Source of the DNA: Blastocatellia bacterium
GTDB lineage: Bacteria > Acidobacteriota > Blastocatellia > UBA7656
Assembly: GCA_045807725.1 (NCBI GenBank)
Contig: JBJMGV010000132.1
Coordinates: 7,151-71,150, forward strand
DNA length: 64,000 bases
Direction: 5' to 3'
In this document: positions 9,702 to 19,480 of the stretch, in pieces
How positions within the stretch are numbered: the first letter of the stretch is position 1
How the letters are laid out: every line of letters starts with the position of its first letter
Notes under the pieces: generated by a model
Seen by the model: the letters and a program-made list of their open reading frames with translations, nothing else
What the model was told of the DNA's origin: nothing
Databases searched by the model: none
Position numbers and translations under genes: made by a program

Positions 9702-10451
9702 ATGAAAGGCATCGTACTGGCAGGCGGACTCGGCACACGGCTCTCGCCCTTGACCCGCATCACAAACAAGCATTTGCTCCCGGTCTTCGATCAACCGATG
9801 ATCTATTACCCGATACGCTATCTGGTCGAGGCGGGCATTAAAGACATTCTCGTCGTCACGGGCGGCAACAGCGCCGGCGATTTTCTGAAGCTGCTGCGCA
9901 ACGGCGCGGAGTTCGGCCTGAGCCGCATCCATTACGCTTACCAGGAGGGCGAAGGCGGCATCGCGGCGGCGCTCAGCCTGGCCGAATCGTTCGCCGACAG
10001 CGAGCCGGTCTGCGTCGTGCTCGGCGATAACATCCTCGAAAACAGCATCGCCACCTTCGTCAAGAAGTTCCGCCATCAAGGCTCAGGCGCGAAGATCCTG
10101 TTGAGCGAAGTGCCCGACCCGCATCGCTTCGGCGTGCCGATCATCGAAGACGACCGCATCACGCGCATTGAGGAGAAGCCCGCCGAACCGAAGTCGCCTT
10201 ACGCGGTAATCGGCGTTTATATGTACGACAACCGCGTCTTCGACATCATCAAGACGCTGAAGCCGAGCGGGCGCGGCGAGCTTGAGATCACCGATGTGAA
10301 CAACCAGTACATCGAGTGGGGCGACCTGACGTGGGACGTGATCGACGGCTGGTGGACGGACGCCGGCACCTTTGATAGCCTGCTGCACGCTTCCAATCTT
10401 GTCGCCAGACAGCGCGGCGCGAAAACCAGCAAGAGCGCGAGCGGCGATTAA
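9702..10451 (+). CDS. Sugar-1-phosphate nucleotidyltransferase (glucose-1-phosphate thymidylyl/uridylyltransferase-like)
   Basis: N-terminal GIVLAGGLGTRLSPLT signature of the NTP_transferase family; size ~250 aa. Confidence 0.85.
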   Translation: MKGIVLAGGLGTRLSPLTRITNKHLLPVFDQPMIYYPIRYLVEAGIKDILVVTGGNSAGDFLKLLRNGAEFGLSRIHYAYQEGEGGIAAALSLAESFADSEPVCVVLGDNILENSIATFVKKFRHQGSGAKILLSEVPDPHRFGVPIIEDDRITRIEEKPAEPKSPYAVIGVYMYDNRVFDIIKTLKPSGRGELEITDVNNQYIEWGDLTWDVIDGWWTDAGTFDSLLHASNLVARQRGAKTSKSASGD

Positions 10452-10492
10452 CGCACGCCCAATCGATTGCTCATTCTTTCGCCTTTGTGGTT

Positions 10493-11761
10493 TCATTCGT
10501 GTCTCAACGCTGTGATGGGATCGAGGCGCGCGGCTTTTATCGCCGGCCATAACCCGAAGATCATACCGACCGCCACCGAACCGAAGAAGCCGAAGGCCGC
10601 CGCCCATAGCGGGATCACCATATAAAGCGCCGGAACCAGCGTTGAGACCAGCTTGGCTAATCCCCATCCGATCAATAGGCCCGCGACGCCGCCCGCGCCC
10701 GTCAGCGTCACGGCTTCGGTCAAAAATTGCCAGATGATGTCCGAGCGTTTTGCGCCAACGGCTTTGCGTATGCCGATCTCTTTGGTGCGCTCGGTCACAG
10801 CGACCAGCATAATGTTCATTACACCAACACCGCCGACGATGAAGGCCACCATCGACATAATGATCATCACCACGAAGACCAGCCGCACGATGTCATCAAA
10901 CGTCGAGATGAAAGATTCCGGTGTGCCGATCTCGAAATTATTATCTTGCCCGAGCGACAGGTTGCGGCGGCGGCGCAAGACCTGCTCGATGCCACGTATG
11001 CCTTCCTGCATGCGGCCTTCACGCATACGGATGATGATGAAGTGATCGTCCACGTTCGGGTACATCTTGTGGAAGGTGTAATAGGGCACGAAGACATCAT
11101 TGTCTTCCTGGTTTTCAGAACCGAACGGCCCGCTTTTCTGCTTCTTGACCGTGCCGACGACAGTGAACTCCTGGCCGCCGACGTTGATCGTCTTGCCGAG
11201 GGGGTCTTCGCCGGGAAAGAGCGCCTCGACGATGTTGAAGGCCAGCACGCAGACATAAGCGCGGTGCTGGTTTTCCGAATCGGTGAAGTAGCGCCCTTGA
11301 TCGACCGGCACGTTCATCACCAGCTCGGCGACGGGGAAGTTGCCGACGAAGCGCGTGCGTCGCGTAACGTGATCTTTGTAGCGCGCTTCAGGCGGCAGCG
11401 GCGGCGCTTCGCCCGGCAGCGGAATGCCGTAGATCAATCCGGCGTAGACGTGCTCGACCGCCGCCACTTCATCGTGTATGGCCTGCGCGTCTTCGAGCGT
11501 GAGCGGCTTGCGGTTAAGGACTTCGGCGGGCGGGCGGCTCGTCATAATGAACGGGTAGCGCCAGACATAAACGTTACGCGTGCCGAAGCTCTCGGCTTGG
11601 TCGAGCACCGTCTGGCGAAAGCCGTTCAACACCGCCGCCATCGCTACGATCACCAGCACGCCGATGAAGACGCCGAGGATGGTCAGCGCGGCGCGGAACT
11701 TGTGCGCCACAAGCGTCGCCATCGCCAACTGCGTGTTCTCTTTGATGCTCGATAAATTCAT
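10493..11761 (-). CDS. ABC transporter permease, MacB/FtsX type; no ATPase adjacent
   Basis: N-terminal TM, large periplasmic MacB_PCD-like domain, C-terminal FtsX 3-TM bundle (GVMNIMLVAVTERTKEIGIRKAVGA). Confidence 0.85.
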   Translation of the reverse strand: MNLSSIKENTQLAMATLVAHKFRAALTILGVFIGVLVIVAMAAVLNGFRQTVLDQAESFGTRNVYVWRYPFIMTSRPPAEVLNRKPLTLEDAQAIHDEVAAVEHVYAGLIYGIPLPGEAPPLPPEARYKDHVTRRTRFVGNFPVAELVMNVPVDQGRYFTDSENQHRAYVCVLAFNIVEALFPGEDPLGKTINVGGQEFTVVGTVKKQKSGPFGSENQEDNDVFVPYYTFHKMYPNVDDHFIIIRMREGRMQEGIRGIEQVLRRRRNLSLGQDNNFEIGTPESFISTFDDIVRLVFVVMIIMSMVAFIVGGVGVMNIMLVAVTERTKEIGIRKAVGAKRSDIIWQFLTEAVTLTGAGGVAGLLIGWGLAKLVSTLVPALYMVIPLWAAAFGFFGSVAVGMIFGLWPAIKAARLDPITALRHE

Positions 11762-11763
11762 AA

Positions 11764-12092
11764 GTCAGGGGTCAGGGGCCGGGGGCCGGTTGTCCGTTGT
11801 CGGTTGTCAGTTGCCGGTTGTCAGTTGCCGGTTGTTGGTTAGTCCCGTAGGGACGCGATGTTTATAGTTATGGCTGAAGGATGCGACGAAGCCCCGTAGG
11901 GGCGCAATGTTGACATCTCGCTCCTGACGGAGCTTGCTTCATCTATCGCATTGTTGTCTATAAACATCGCGCTCCTACGGAGCTTCGTCACATCCTTCAG
12001 CTATATCTATACACATTGCGCTCCTGACGGAGCTTTGGGAATTATCAACTTTCAACTATCGACTGACCCCTGGCCCCGACACCCGGCCCCTG
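11764..12092. repeat. Complex palindromic MITE-like repeat element, copy 2. GTCAGGG/ttgtcag heptamer tandem arms plus a core homologous to the 2.8-3.2 kb element
   Basis: Shares ggctgaaggatgcgacgaagccccgtaggggcgcaatgttgacatctcgctcctgacggagctt and tataaacatcgcgctcct(g)acggagctt blocks with copy 1. The segment between the blocks (gcttcatctatcgcattg) is the reverse complement of the copy-1 'spacer' ttaccgatgcaatagatgaagc. The element is itself a long imperfect palindrome. Confidence 0.8.
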
Positions 12093-12095
12093 CGC

Positions 12096-13409
12096 TCACT
12101 CTGAGCGCAACGCTTCAATCGGGTCGAGGCGACCGGCGCGGCGGGCCGGATAGATGCCGAAGAAGACGCCGATGATCGTGCAGAGCGCGAACGCGACCAG
12201 CGGCGCCCACAGCGGGAACGAACTGGGCATCGGTGTGTAGGTCGCCATCAGCCACGAGAGGGCCGCCGCGATCAGCACGCCGGCCAGTCCTCCGGCGCAG
12301 CACAATACGACCGACTCGACCAGGAACTGATTGACCACGTCCTGCTGCCGCGCGCCGACCGCTTTGCGTATGCCGATCTCTTTTGTACGCTCGACTACAG
12401 AGACGAGCATGATGTTCATAATGACAATGCCGCCGACGACCAGCGAAATGCCGACGACAAACAGCGACACCGAAAAGATGGTGTTCGTCAGCATGGCGAA
12501 CAACTGGTTGACGCCTTCTGACGTGATGATGCCGAAGTCGTCCTCTTCGTGATAGTCGAGCTTGTGCTGCGTACGCATAGCGAGCCGCACTTGATCTTCG
12601 GCCTGCTGCATCTCGCCTTCGCGCGCCTTGACCGAGATGTTCACCGAGCGGCGCGAGCCATAGTTCTTCTCGTAAGTCGAGAGCGGCACCTTGACGTAGT
12701 TGTCCTGCGAAAAGCCGAAGACCGCGCCGCGCCGCTCGCCGATGCCGATCACCTGATACCACTTGTCGTCGATCTGTATCTCTTTGCCGATGGGGTCGGA
12801 GCCGGGGAAGAGCTTGTCGGCGATGTCCGCGCCGATCACCGTGACGTAGCGTGAATGGTCATCTTCCCATTCGAGAAAGCCGCGCCCTTCGTCAATCTTC
12901 TTGCCTTCGATGTCGAAGATGTTCGCCGTCATGCCGCCCATATCGATAGTGTCGAGTGAGGTTTTGCCGTAATGCACGCGAACATTGCGGTGCGTTTCGA
13001 CGCCGATGCCTTCGCAGGACGAGCAGAAGCGGCGCAAGACTTCGGCGTCCGTGGCGTGAACGTCGGGGTTGCGGCGGAGGGCTTCGAGGAACTTATCGAA
13101 GTTAGTGATAATGGGAAACTGGCTGACGACGAACGTGTTCGGCCCGAAGTTCGACACCTTCGTCTTCCAGTAGCGATCCATCCCTTGAATGAGCGAGATG
13201 ACGGCGATGATTGAGCTGATGCCGATGGTGATGCCGAGCAGCGTCAGAAACGAGCGCAGCTTGTTGGCGCGCAACGAGTCGAGCGCCACGCCGACGTAAT
13301 CGAAGAATCGGGCGTGCCCCTGACGGTCTTCGCTCGCGGTACGGCGGTCTTCATTCGCGTGTGGGATGGAGGTCGTTGCCATAACACTCAATGCCGTTAT
13401 AACCGGCAA
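12096..13409 (-). CDS. ABC transporter permease, MacB/FtsX type (paralog of 10493..11761)
   Basis: Same architecture; conserved C-terminal motif ERTKEIGIRKAVGARQQDVVNQFLVE. Confidence 0.85.
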   Translation of the reverse strand: MPVITALSVMATTSIPHANEDRRTASEDRQGHARFFDYVGVALDSLRANKLRSFLTLLGITIGISSIIAVISLIQGMDRYWKTKVSNFGPNTFVVSQFPIITNFDKFLEALRRNPDVHATDAEVLRRFCSSCEGIGVETHRNVRVHYGKTSLDTIDMGGMTANIFDIEGKKIDEGRGFLEWEDDHSRYVTVIGADIADKLFPGSDPIGKEIQIDDKWYQVIGIGERRGAVFGFSQDNYVKVPLSTYEKNYGSRRSVNISVKAREGEMQQAEDQVRLAMRTQHKLDYHEEDDFGIITSEGVNQLFAMLTNTIFSVSLFVVGISLVVGGIVIMNIMLVSVVERTKEIGIRKAVGARQQDVVNQFLVESVVLCCAGGLAGVLIAAALSWLMATYTPMPSSFPLWAPLVAFALCTIIGVFFGIYPARRAGRLDPIEALRSE

Positions 13410-13650
13410 TTATTTCCGGGTCAATCGCGCGTGAGCCATAGGGGCTTACGAGGCGCGGCGCGAAAAAGTTAGAGCCACTTGCAAAAACTTGTCTCTCGCC
13501 GCTCCGCGTGCGCGGCCCGCCTTTACAACGCCGCGCGGGTTGTGCGATTGTACCCGCACATTGACCGAGACGTTCAGCGATTCGTTATCGCCGACAGCAT
13601 AAATCAAGTCTTACGGCTCGGACAAACGCCGACCGTCAGAGAGTGCGGAG

Positions 13651-15210
13651 ATGAGCATCGTCAAAGGACTGCGCGAGGCGGCGGCCTCGTACACGAAAAA
13701 GACCGCCGCCGTCTGCGGCGACACGCGGCTGACGTTTAGGCAAACCGTCGAGCGCGTCAACCGCTTGTCGAGTGCGCTCGCCCAACTCGGCCTCGGTGCG
13801 GGCGACCGCGTTGCGGTGCTGGCGCTCAACTGCCACCGCTTCTTTGAACTCTATTATGCGGTGCCGCAGATGGGCGCTTGCCTCGTGCCCATCAACTTTC
13901 GCATCCCGCCCGCCGAAGTCAACTACATTCTCGATCATTCGGGCACGCGGGCGCTCTTCGTAGACGCCGCGCTCGCGCCGCTGGTCGATCAGATACGGCC
14001 ACAGCTTGAAACCGTCGAGCATTTCATCTCGATCAGCGACGCGCCGGCGGATGGTTATTTAAGTTATGAAACGTTGCTGGCCGACGCCGCGCCTGAATAC
14101 GCCGCGCCGGCGATTGATGATGACGAATTGCTCGGCTTGTTCTACACGTCGGGGACTACGGGAGAGCCGAAGGGCGTGATGCTGACGCACAACAACATCA
14201 TCGCCAACGTTCGCCACGTCGAAGCGTCTTATCATTATTCGCCTGACGAAATCTACCTGCACAGCGCGCCGATGTTTCATCTTGCCGACGGCGCGGCGGT
14301 CTTCACTAACGCGGCGCGCGGCTCGACGCAGGTCTTCATTCCGCGCTTCGAGCCGCAGGCGACACTCGCGGCCATCGAGCGCGAACGCGTCACGCACGCG
14401 CTGCTCGTGCCGACGATGATTAACTTCGTGCTGCAAGCGCCGAATCTCGCGGATTACGATCTATCGTCGCTGGCTCACGTCACCTATGGCGCGTCGCCGA
14501 TTGCGCCCGACGTGTTGCGGCGCGCGATGCAAGCATTCGGCTGCAACTTCGGGCAAGGGTACGGGCTGACCGAAGCCGCGCCGCTGTTGACAGGGTTGAA
14601 CGCCGACGATCATCGCCGCGCAATCAACGGCGACGAACACCTGCTGGCGTCGTGCGGCAAGGCCGTGCCCGGCGTCGAGGTGCGCGTGGTCGATATTGAC
14701 GGCAACGACGTGAAGCCTGGCGAAGTCGGCGAGATCATCGCGCGCGGGCCGAACATTATGCGCGGCTACTGGCGGCGCGACGATGACACGGCCAATACTG
14801 TTATTGATGGTTGGCTGCACACCGGCGACCTGGCCACGGTTGACGAGGAAGGCTACCTCTACCTCGTAGACCGCAAGAAAGATATGATCGTGACCGGCGG
14901 CGAAAACGTCTTCTCAACCGAAGTCGAAGCCGTGTTGTACGCGCACCCGGCGGTGAAAGAAGCGGCGGTCATTCCTGTGCCTGATGACCAGTGGGGCGAA
15001 GCCGTGCACGCCTGCGTTGCATTGAAAGATAACACCCCGGCAAGCGATGACGAGTTGATCGAATTCTGTCGCCCGCGACTGGCCAGTTACAAAGTGCCGC
15101 GCTCGATTGAAATCATCGCCGGCGAGTTGCCGAAAGGCGGAACCGGCAAGATACTGAAGAAACAATTGCGCGAACGTTACTGGCAAGGGCGCGAGCGGCG
15201 CGTCGGCTGA
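13651..15210 (+). CDS. AMP-dependent synthetase/ligase (fatty-acyl-CoA synthetase family)
   Basis: AMP-binding signature YTSGTTGEPKGV; C-terminal GELPKGGTGKILK. Confidence 0.9.
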   Translation: MSIVKGLREAAASYTKKTAAVCGDTRLTFRQTVERVNRLSSALAQLGLGAGDRVAVLALNCHRFFELYYAVPQMGACLVPINFRIPPAEVNYILDHSGTRALFVDAALAPLVDQIRPQLETVEHFISISDAPADGYLSYETLLADAAPEYAAPAIDDDELLGLFYTSGTTGEPKGVMLTHNNIIANVRHVEASYHYSPDEIYLHSAPMFHLADGAAVFTNAARGSTQVFIPRFEPQATLAAIERERVTHALLVPTMINFVLQAPNLADYDLSSLAHVTYGASPIAPDVLRRAMQAFGCNFGQGYGLTEAAPLLTGLNADDHRRAINGDEHLLASCGKAVPGVEVRVVDIDGNDVKPGEVGEIIARGPNIMRGYWRRDDDTANTVIDGWLHTGDLATVDEEGYLYLVDRKKDMIVTGGENVFSTEVEAVLYAHPAVKEAAVIPVPDDQWGEAVHACVALKDNTPASDDELIEFCRPRLASYKVPRSIEIIAGELPKGGTGKILKKQLRERYWQGRERRVG

Positions 15211-15251
15211 CGCGAGCAATGCTTACTTAATCCAGACGGGAGATTGACGAG

Positions 15252-16829
15252 ATGAATCTGACGCTAAGTCCAACCCGCTTTCTCGAACGTGCGAAAGCGC
15301 TGTATGGCAAGAAGGTCGGCATCGTTGACGGCGACGTGCGATTGACCTACGACGAATACGCTAATCGCTGCGATCAGCTATCGAACGCGCTCGGCGCGCT
15401 CGGCATCCATCGCGGTCAGTGTGTGGCGTGGCTCGGTTACAACAGCCACCAGTTGCTCGAAGCTTATTATGGCGTCGTGCAGATCGGCGCGGTGTTGTTG
15501 CCTCTCAACATACGACTGACGCCGCACGAGCTGGCTTACATCCTGAACGACTCGGAGACGGTGGCGCTGTTTTACAACCGCGACTTCGCGCCGCTGGTCG
15601 AAGACCTGCGTCCGCAGGTTCCGGGCGTCAAGCATTACGTCGCGCTCGAATCAGGCGCGAGTGACGTTTATTACGAAGACTTGCTTTCGGCTGCCGGAGC
15701 CGTTTTCACGCCGCCCGTTGACATCAAAGATGATGACCTGGCCGAGCTGTTCTACACGTCGGGGACGACGGCTAATCCCAAAGGCGTGATGATGACGCAT
15801 CGCAATCTTTACCTGCACGCCTTGCAAGTGATGGCCGGCAACGCGATCAAAGATACCATCGTGCAGCTTCACACCATCCCGCTCTTTCACGTCAACGGCT
15901 GGGGCACGCCGCACACGGTCACCGGCAGCGGCGCGCGTCACATCATCGTGCGCAAGTTCGATCCGACCGAAGTGTTCGACATCATTCAGCGTGAACGCGT
16001 CACCCACTTCTCGATGGTTCCGACGATGGCCGTGGCGCTGCTCAATCATCCGAAGGCGTCCGAGTACGACCTGTCGAGCGTCGAATACGTTGGCATCGGC
16101 GGCGCGGCCTCGCACGCCGGATTGATGCGCGCCATCGAAGAGAAGCTGGGCTTCCGCGCTTACGGCGGCTACGGCCTGACGGAGACGACGCCGGTGCTGA
16201 CGTTCTCGCATATCAAAGAGCACCTGAGCGATGCGCCCGACGACGAACGCTACCGCCGACAGGCGATGGCCGGCTACCCGATGCCCGGCGTCACGCTGGA
16301 TATTTTTGACGCGAACGACAAGCCCGTGCCGCACGACGGCAAGAGCGTCGGCGAAGTCGTCGTCCGCGCAGACAATGTGATGGCCGGTTACTGGAAGCAG
16401 CCCGAAGACACGGCCAACGTGATGCGCGGCGGCTGGTTCCACACCGGCGATATGGCGGTGATTGACGACGAAGGCTACGTGCTGATCGTTGACCGCAAGA
16501 AAGACATTATTATTTCGGGCGGCGAGAACATCGCTTCGATTGAGATTGAGACGGCGGTCTACGCGCACCCAGCGGTGCTCGAATGCGCGGTGATTGCGAT
16601 ACCGGATGAGAAGTGGGGCGAAGTGCCGAAGGCGCTCGTCGTGTTGAAGCCCGGCCAGTCGCTCACCGAAGAAGAGTTGATCGCGCATTGCCGCACGCAA
16701 CTGCCGGGCTTCAAGGTTCCGAAGTCCATCGAGTTCTTCGACGCACTGCCTAAGGGCGGCACCGGCAAAATCCTTAAGAAAGAGCTGCGCGAGAAGTACT
16801 GGGAAGGCTACGAAAAGCGCGTGCATTGA
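15252..16829 (+). CDS. AMP-dependent synthetase/ligase (paralog, tandem)
   Basis: YTSGTTANPKGVMMTH, PKGGTGKILKKELRE; same fold as upstream gene. Confidence 0.9.
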   Translation: MNLTLSPTRFLERAKALYGKKVGIVDGDVRLTYDEYANRCDQLSNALGALGIHRGQCVAWLGYNSHQLLEAYYGVVQIGAVLLPLNIRLTPHELAYILNDSETVALFYNRDFAPLVEDLRPQVPGVKHYVALESGASDVYYEDLLSAAGAVFTPPVDIKDDDLAELFYTSGTTANPKGVMMTHRNLYLHALQVMAGNAIKDTIVQLHTIPLFHVNGWGTPHTVTGSGARHIIVRKFDPTEVFDIIQRERVTHFSMVPTMAVALLNHPKASEYDLSSVEYVGIGGAASHAGLMRAIEEKLGFRAYGGYGLTETTPVLTFSHIKEHLSDAPDDERYRRQAMAGYPMPGVTLDIFDANDKPVPHDGKSVGEVVVRADNVMAGYWKQPEDTANVMRGGWFHTGDMAVIDDEGYVLIVDRKKDIIISGGENIASIEIETAVYAHPAVLECAVIAIPDEKWGEVPKALVVLKPGQSLTEEELIAHCRTQLPGFKVPKSIEFFDALPKGGTGKILKKELREKYWEGYEKRVH

Positions 16830-16911
16830 AGCGCATGTTGTCTCACGCGAGCCGCAAAGGGTATGACGCCACGTCGCGCCTTTTGCGGCAAATCTGGTTT
16901 GTGAGGAAGCT

Positions 16912-18468
16912 ATGTCAACTCATCCTGCTCGTCGCATCACCTGTTGCTTGCTGATGTTTTCGCTGCTTACCTGCTCGCTCATCACATCCACATTCGCGCA
17001 GGCGACGAAATCGCCCGCGAGCGGCAAGCGTTATAACCGCATCGTCATACGCAACGCGATGGTCGTTGATGGCAACGGCACGCCGGCGTCGGGGCCGAAA
17101 GACATCGTCATCGAAGGCAACCGGATTACTGACATCATTGGCTTCGATCCCATCTCGGCCCTGCAAGGCACGGCGCGACGGCCCGCAGCGGGCGATGTTG
17201 AGATTGATGCCACCGGCAAATACGTCCTGCCCGGACTCATCAACCTGCACGGCCACATTCAAGACGAGCGCGGCGGCGTGCCGATGCCCGTCGAGTATTG
17301 CTGGAAGCTATGGCTTGCCAATGGCATCACCACTGTGCGCGAAGTCGGCGGCGATACGAAGAAGTCGCTCGCCTGGCGCGAGCAGAGCCGCAAAGGCGAA
17401 ATCACCGCGCCGCGCTTTTTCATCTATGGCGTCTACAACTACCCGCCGCTGCCGACGACCAGAGAAGCCGCCCGTGATCGTGTCCGCGAGTTGAAAGCGA
17501 TGGGCGTTGACGGCATCAAGTTCTTTGCCATAGACCGCGACTTGATGCAGGCGATGCTCGACGAAGCGCACATTCAAGGCTTACGCACGGCGCATCACGC
17601 GGCAGTAGCCGAGACCAACGCGTGGGACGATATCAAGTTCGGCACAACCAGCATCGAGCACTGGTACGGCATCCCCGATGCCGCAGTCGTGAGCGGCAGG
17701 CAGGACTTCCCGCCGAGCTACAACTACGACAACGAAGTGGACCGCTTCCGCTACGCCGGTCACCTCTGGCGCGAGGCCGACTGGGAACGGCTGATGAAAC
17801 TGTTTGACGCGATGATTGCCGCTAACGTCGCGTGGGACCCGACCCTCGACATTTACGAAGCCAGCCGTGACCTGATGCGGGCGCAGAATCAGCCCTGGTT
17901 TCAAGACTACCTGCACCCTGTGCTTGAAGAGTTCTTTCGGCCCAACCCGAAAAATCACGGCTCATACTTTCTCGGCTGGACTTCGACTGATGAAACGTTT
18001 TGGAAGGAAAACTACCGATTGTGGATGCGCGCCGTGCGCGAGTTCGCCGAGCGCGGCGGCACGGTGGGCGCGGGCGAAGACGCCGGCTTCATCTATCAGA
18101 TGTATGGCTTCGGCCTGATCCGCGAGCTTGAGTTGCACCAGGAAGCCGGCTTTCACCCGCTGAAGGTGATCGAGCACGCGACCGGCAATAACGCTCGCAT
18201 ACTCGGCGAACAGGAGCGGCTGGGCCGCGTGCGCGTCGGGTACTTAGCCGACCTGATTGTCGTCAACGGCAACCCGCTTGAGAACTTGAAAGTGCTCTAC
18301 GCGACCGGCGTTGACGAAGTGCGCGACGGCAAGACCGCGCACACGGGCGGCGTCGAATGGACGATCAAGGATGGTATCCCTTATCACGGGCCGACGCTGC
18401 TGAGAGAGATTAAAGAGATGGTCGCCAAAGCCCGCGCCGAACGGTCGAGCAAATCGGCGCGGCAGTGA
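16912..18468 (+). CDS. Secreted amidohydrolase-family metal-dependent hydrolase
   Basis: Signal peptide; NLHGHIQ metal-binding His cluster; C-terminal DLIVVNGNPLENL typical of the amidohydrolase superfamily. Confidence 0.8.
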   Translation: MSTHPARRITCCLLMFSLLTCSLITSTFAQATKSPASGKRYNRIVIRNAMVVDGNGTPASGPKDIVIEGNRITDIIGFDPISALQGTARRPAAGDVEIDATGKYVLPGLINLHGHIQDERGGVPMPVEYCWKLWLANGITTVREVGGDTKKSLAWREQSRKGEITAPRFFIYGVYNYPPLPTTREAARDRVRELKAMGVDGIKFFAIDRDLMQAMLDEAHIQGLRTAHHAAVAETNAWDDIKFGTTSIEHWYGIPDAAVVSGRQDFPPSYNYDNEVDRFRYAGHLWREADWERLMKLFDAMIAANVAWDPTLDIYEASRDLMRAQNQPWFQDYLHPVLEEFFRPNPKNHGSYFLGWTSTDETFWKENYRLWMRAVREFAERGGTVGAGEDAGFIYQMYGFGLIRELELHQEAGFHPLKVIEHATGNNARILGEQERLGRVRVGYLADLIVVNGNPLENLKVLYATGVDEVRDGKTAHTGGVEWTIKDGIPYHGPTLLREIKEMVAKARAERSSKSARQ

Positions 18469-18473
18469 TTGGC

Positions 18474-19265
18474 TTATTGGCTCGCACCTTCGAGGTTAAA
18501 GAGCCGTTTGAAATTTGCGGAAGTAGCGCGGCCTATCTCTTCGGCTGCAAGTCCGCGCAGGTCGGCAATCGAGCGCGCCGTCTCGATGACGTAAGCCGGC
18601 TCGTTGCGCCGTCCGCGAAAGGGAACAGGCGCGAGAAACGGCGCGTCGGTTTCGATCAGAATCTTATCCACCGGCAGCGCGCGGGCGGTCTCGCGCAGGT
18701 CGTCGGCCTTCTTAAATGTGACGACGCCCGAAAACGAAATCAGAAAGCCCATCTCGACCGCCGCTTCGGCAAATGCTCGCGTGCCGGTGAAGCAGTGAAT
18801 GATGCCCGGCAAGCCCGCGCTCTGCCATTCCTCCCGCAAAATCTGCAAGGTGTCTTCTTCGGCTTCGCGTGTGTGAATGACTGCCGGCAAGCGGCGCTCG
18901 CGGGCCATCTGCAATTGTCTTCTGAACGCCGCGCGCTGCACGTCGCGCGGCGAGTTGTCGTAATGATAATCCAAACCGATCTCGCCCCACGCAATCACCT
19001 TCGGGTGCGCGGCCAGTTCGGCCAGCCGATCATACATCTGGTCATCAAGCAGGCGCGCTTCGTGCGGGTGAACGCCGACGGTGGTGTAGATGAAGTCGTA
19101 TTTATCGGCGATGCGCTGTGCGGCAGTGTGCGAATCTTTGGATAAGTCGCCATTGCCGACCGCGACGATGATCTCGACGCCAGCCTCTCGCGCCCGCTCG
19201 ATCATCGCCGTGCGGTCGCCGTCAAAGTCTTCGCTCTCGATGTGCGCGTGCGAATCAATATACAT
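18474..19265 (-). CDS. TatD-family metal-dependent hydrolase (DNase)
   Basis: MYIDSHAHI start, GVHPHEA, ETDAPFLAP motifs characteristic of TatD. Confidence 0.9.
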   Translation of the reverse strand: MYIDSHAHIESEDFDGDRTAMIERAREAGVEIIVAVGNGDLSKDSHTAAQRIADKYDFIYTTVGVHPHEARLLDDQMYDRLAELAAHPKVIAWGEIGLDYHYDNSPRDVQRAAFRRQLQMARERRLPAVIHTREAEEDTLQILREEWQSAGLPGIIHCFTGTRAFAEAAVEMGFLISFSGVVTFKKADDLRETARALPVDKILIETDAPFLAPVPFRGRRNEPAYVIETARSIADLRGLAAEEIGRATSANFKRLFNLEGASQ

Positions 19266-19284
19266 AATTCACCAGATGCGGGGG

Positions 19285-19470
19285 AGTCAGAAGTCAGAAG
19301 AAAGTATTCAGAAGTCAGAAGTCAGAAGTCAGAAGTCAGAATGAAAGCGGAAAGAATCGGGAGTTAGAATAAGAGCGGAGGCGCAGCAAGCGCCGAGTTC
19401 CTTTTCCATTCTGACTTCTGACTTCTGACTTCTTCCTCCTGACTTCTGACTTCTGACTTCTTCCTCCTGA
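19285..19470. repeat. Long hairpin whose arms are tandem GTCAGAA heptamers ((gtcagaa)n ... (ttctgac)n), intergenic between AIM24-like and TatD genes
   Basis: Read directly: at least 6 forward heptamers then at least 6 reverse-complement heptamers around a ~70-bp loop. Confidence 0.8.
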
Positions 19471-19480
19471 CCTCTCCTTC

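Noticed and set aside
10727-11755. 342-aa + ORF antisense to the FtsX permease
   Set aside because: His/Asp/Arg-rich nonsense composition; the FtsX motifs are on the minus strand.
15651-16826. 391-aa minus ORF antisense to the acyl-CoA synthetase
   Set aside because: The AMP-binding signature is on the + strand; antisense artefact.
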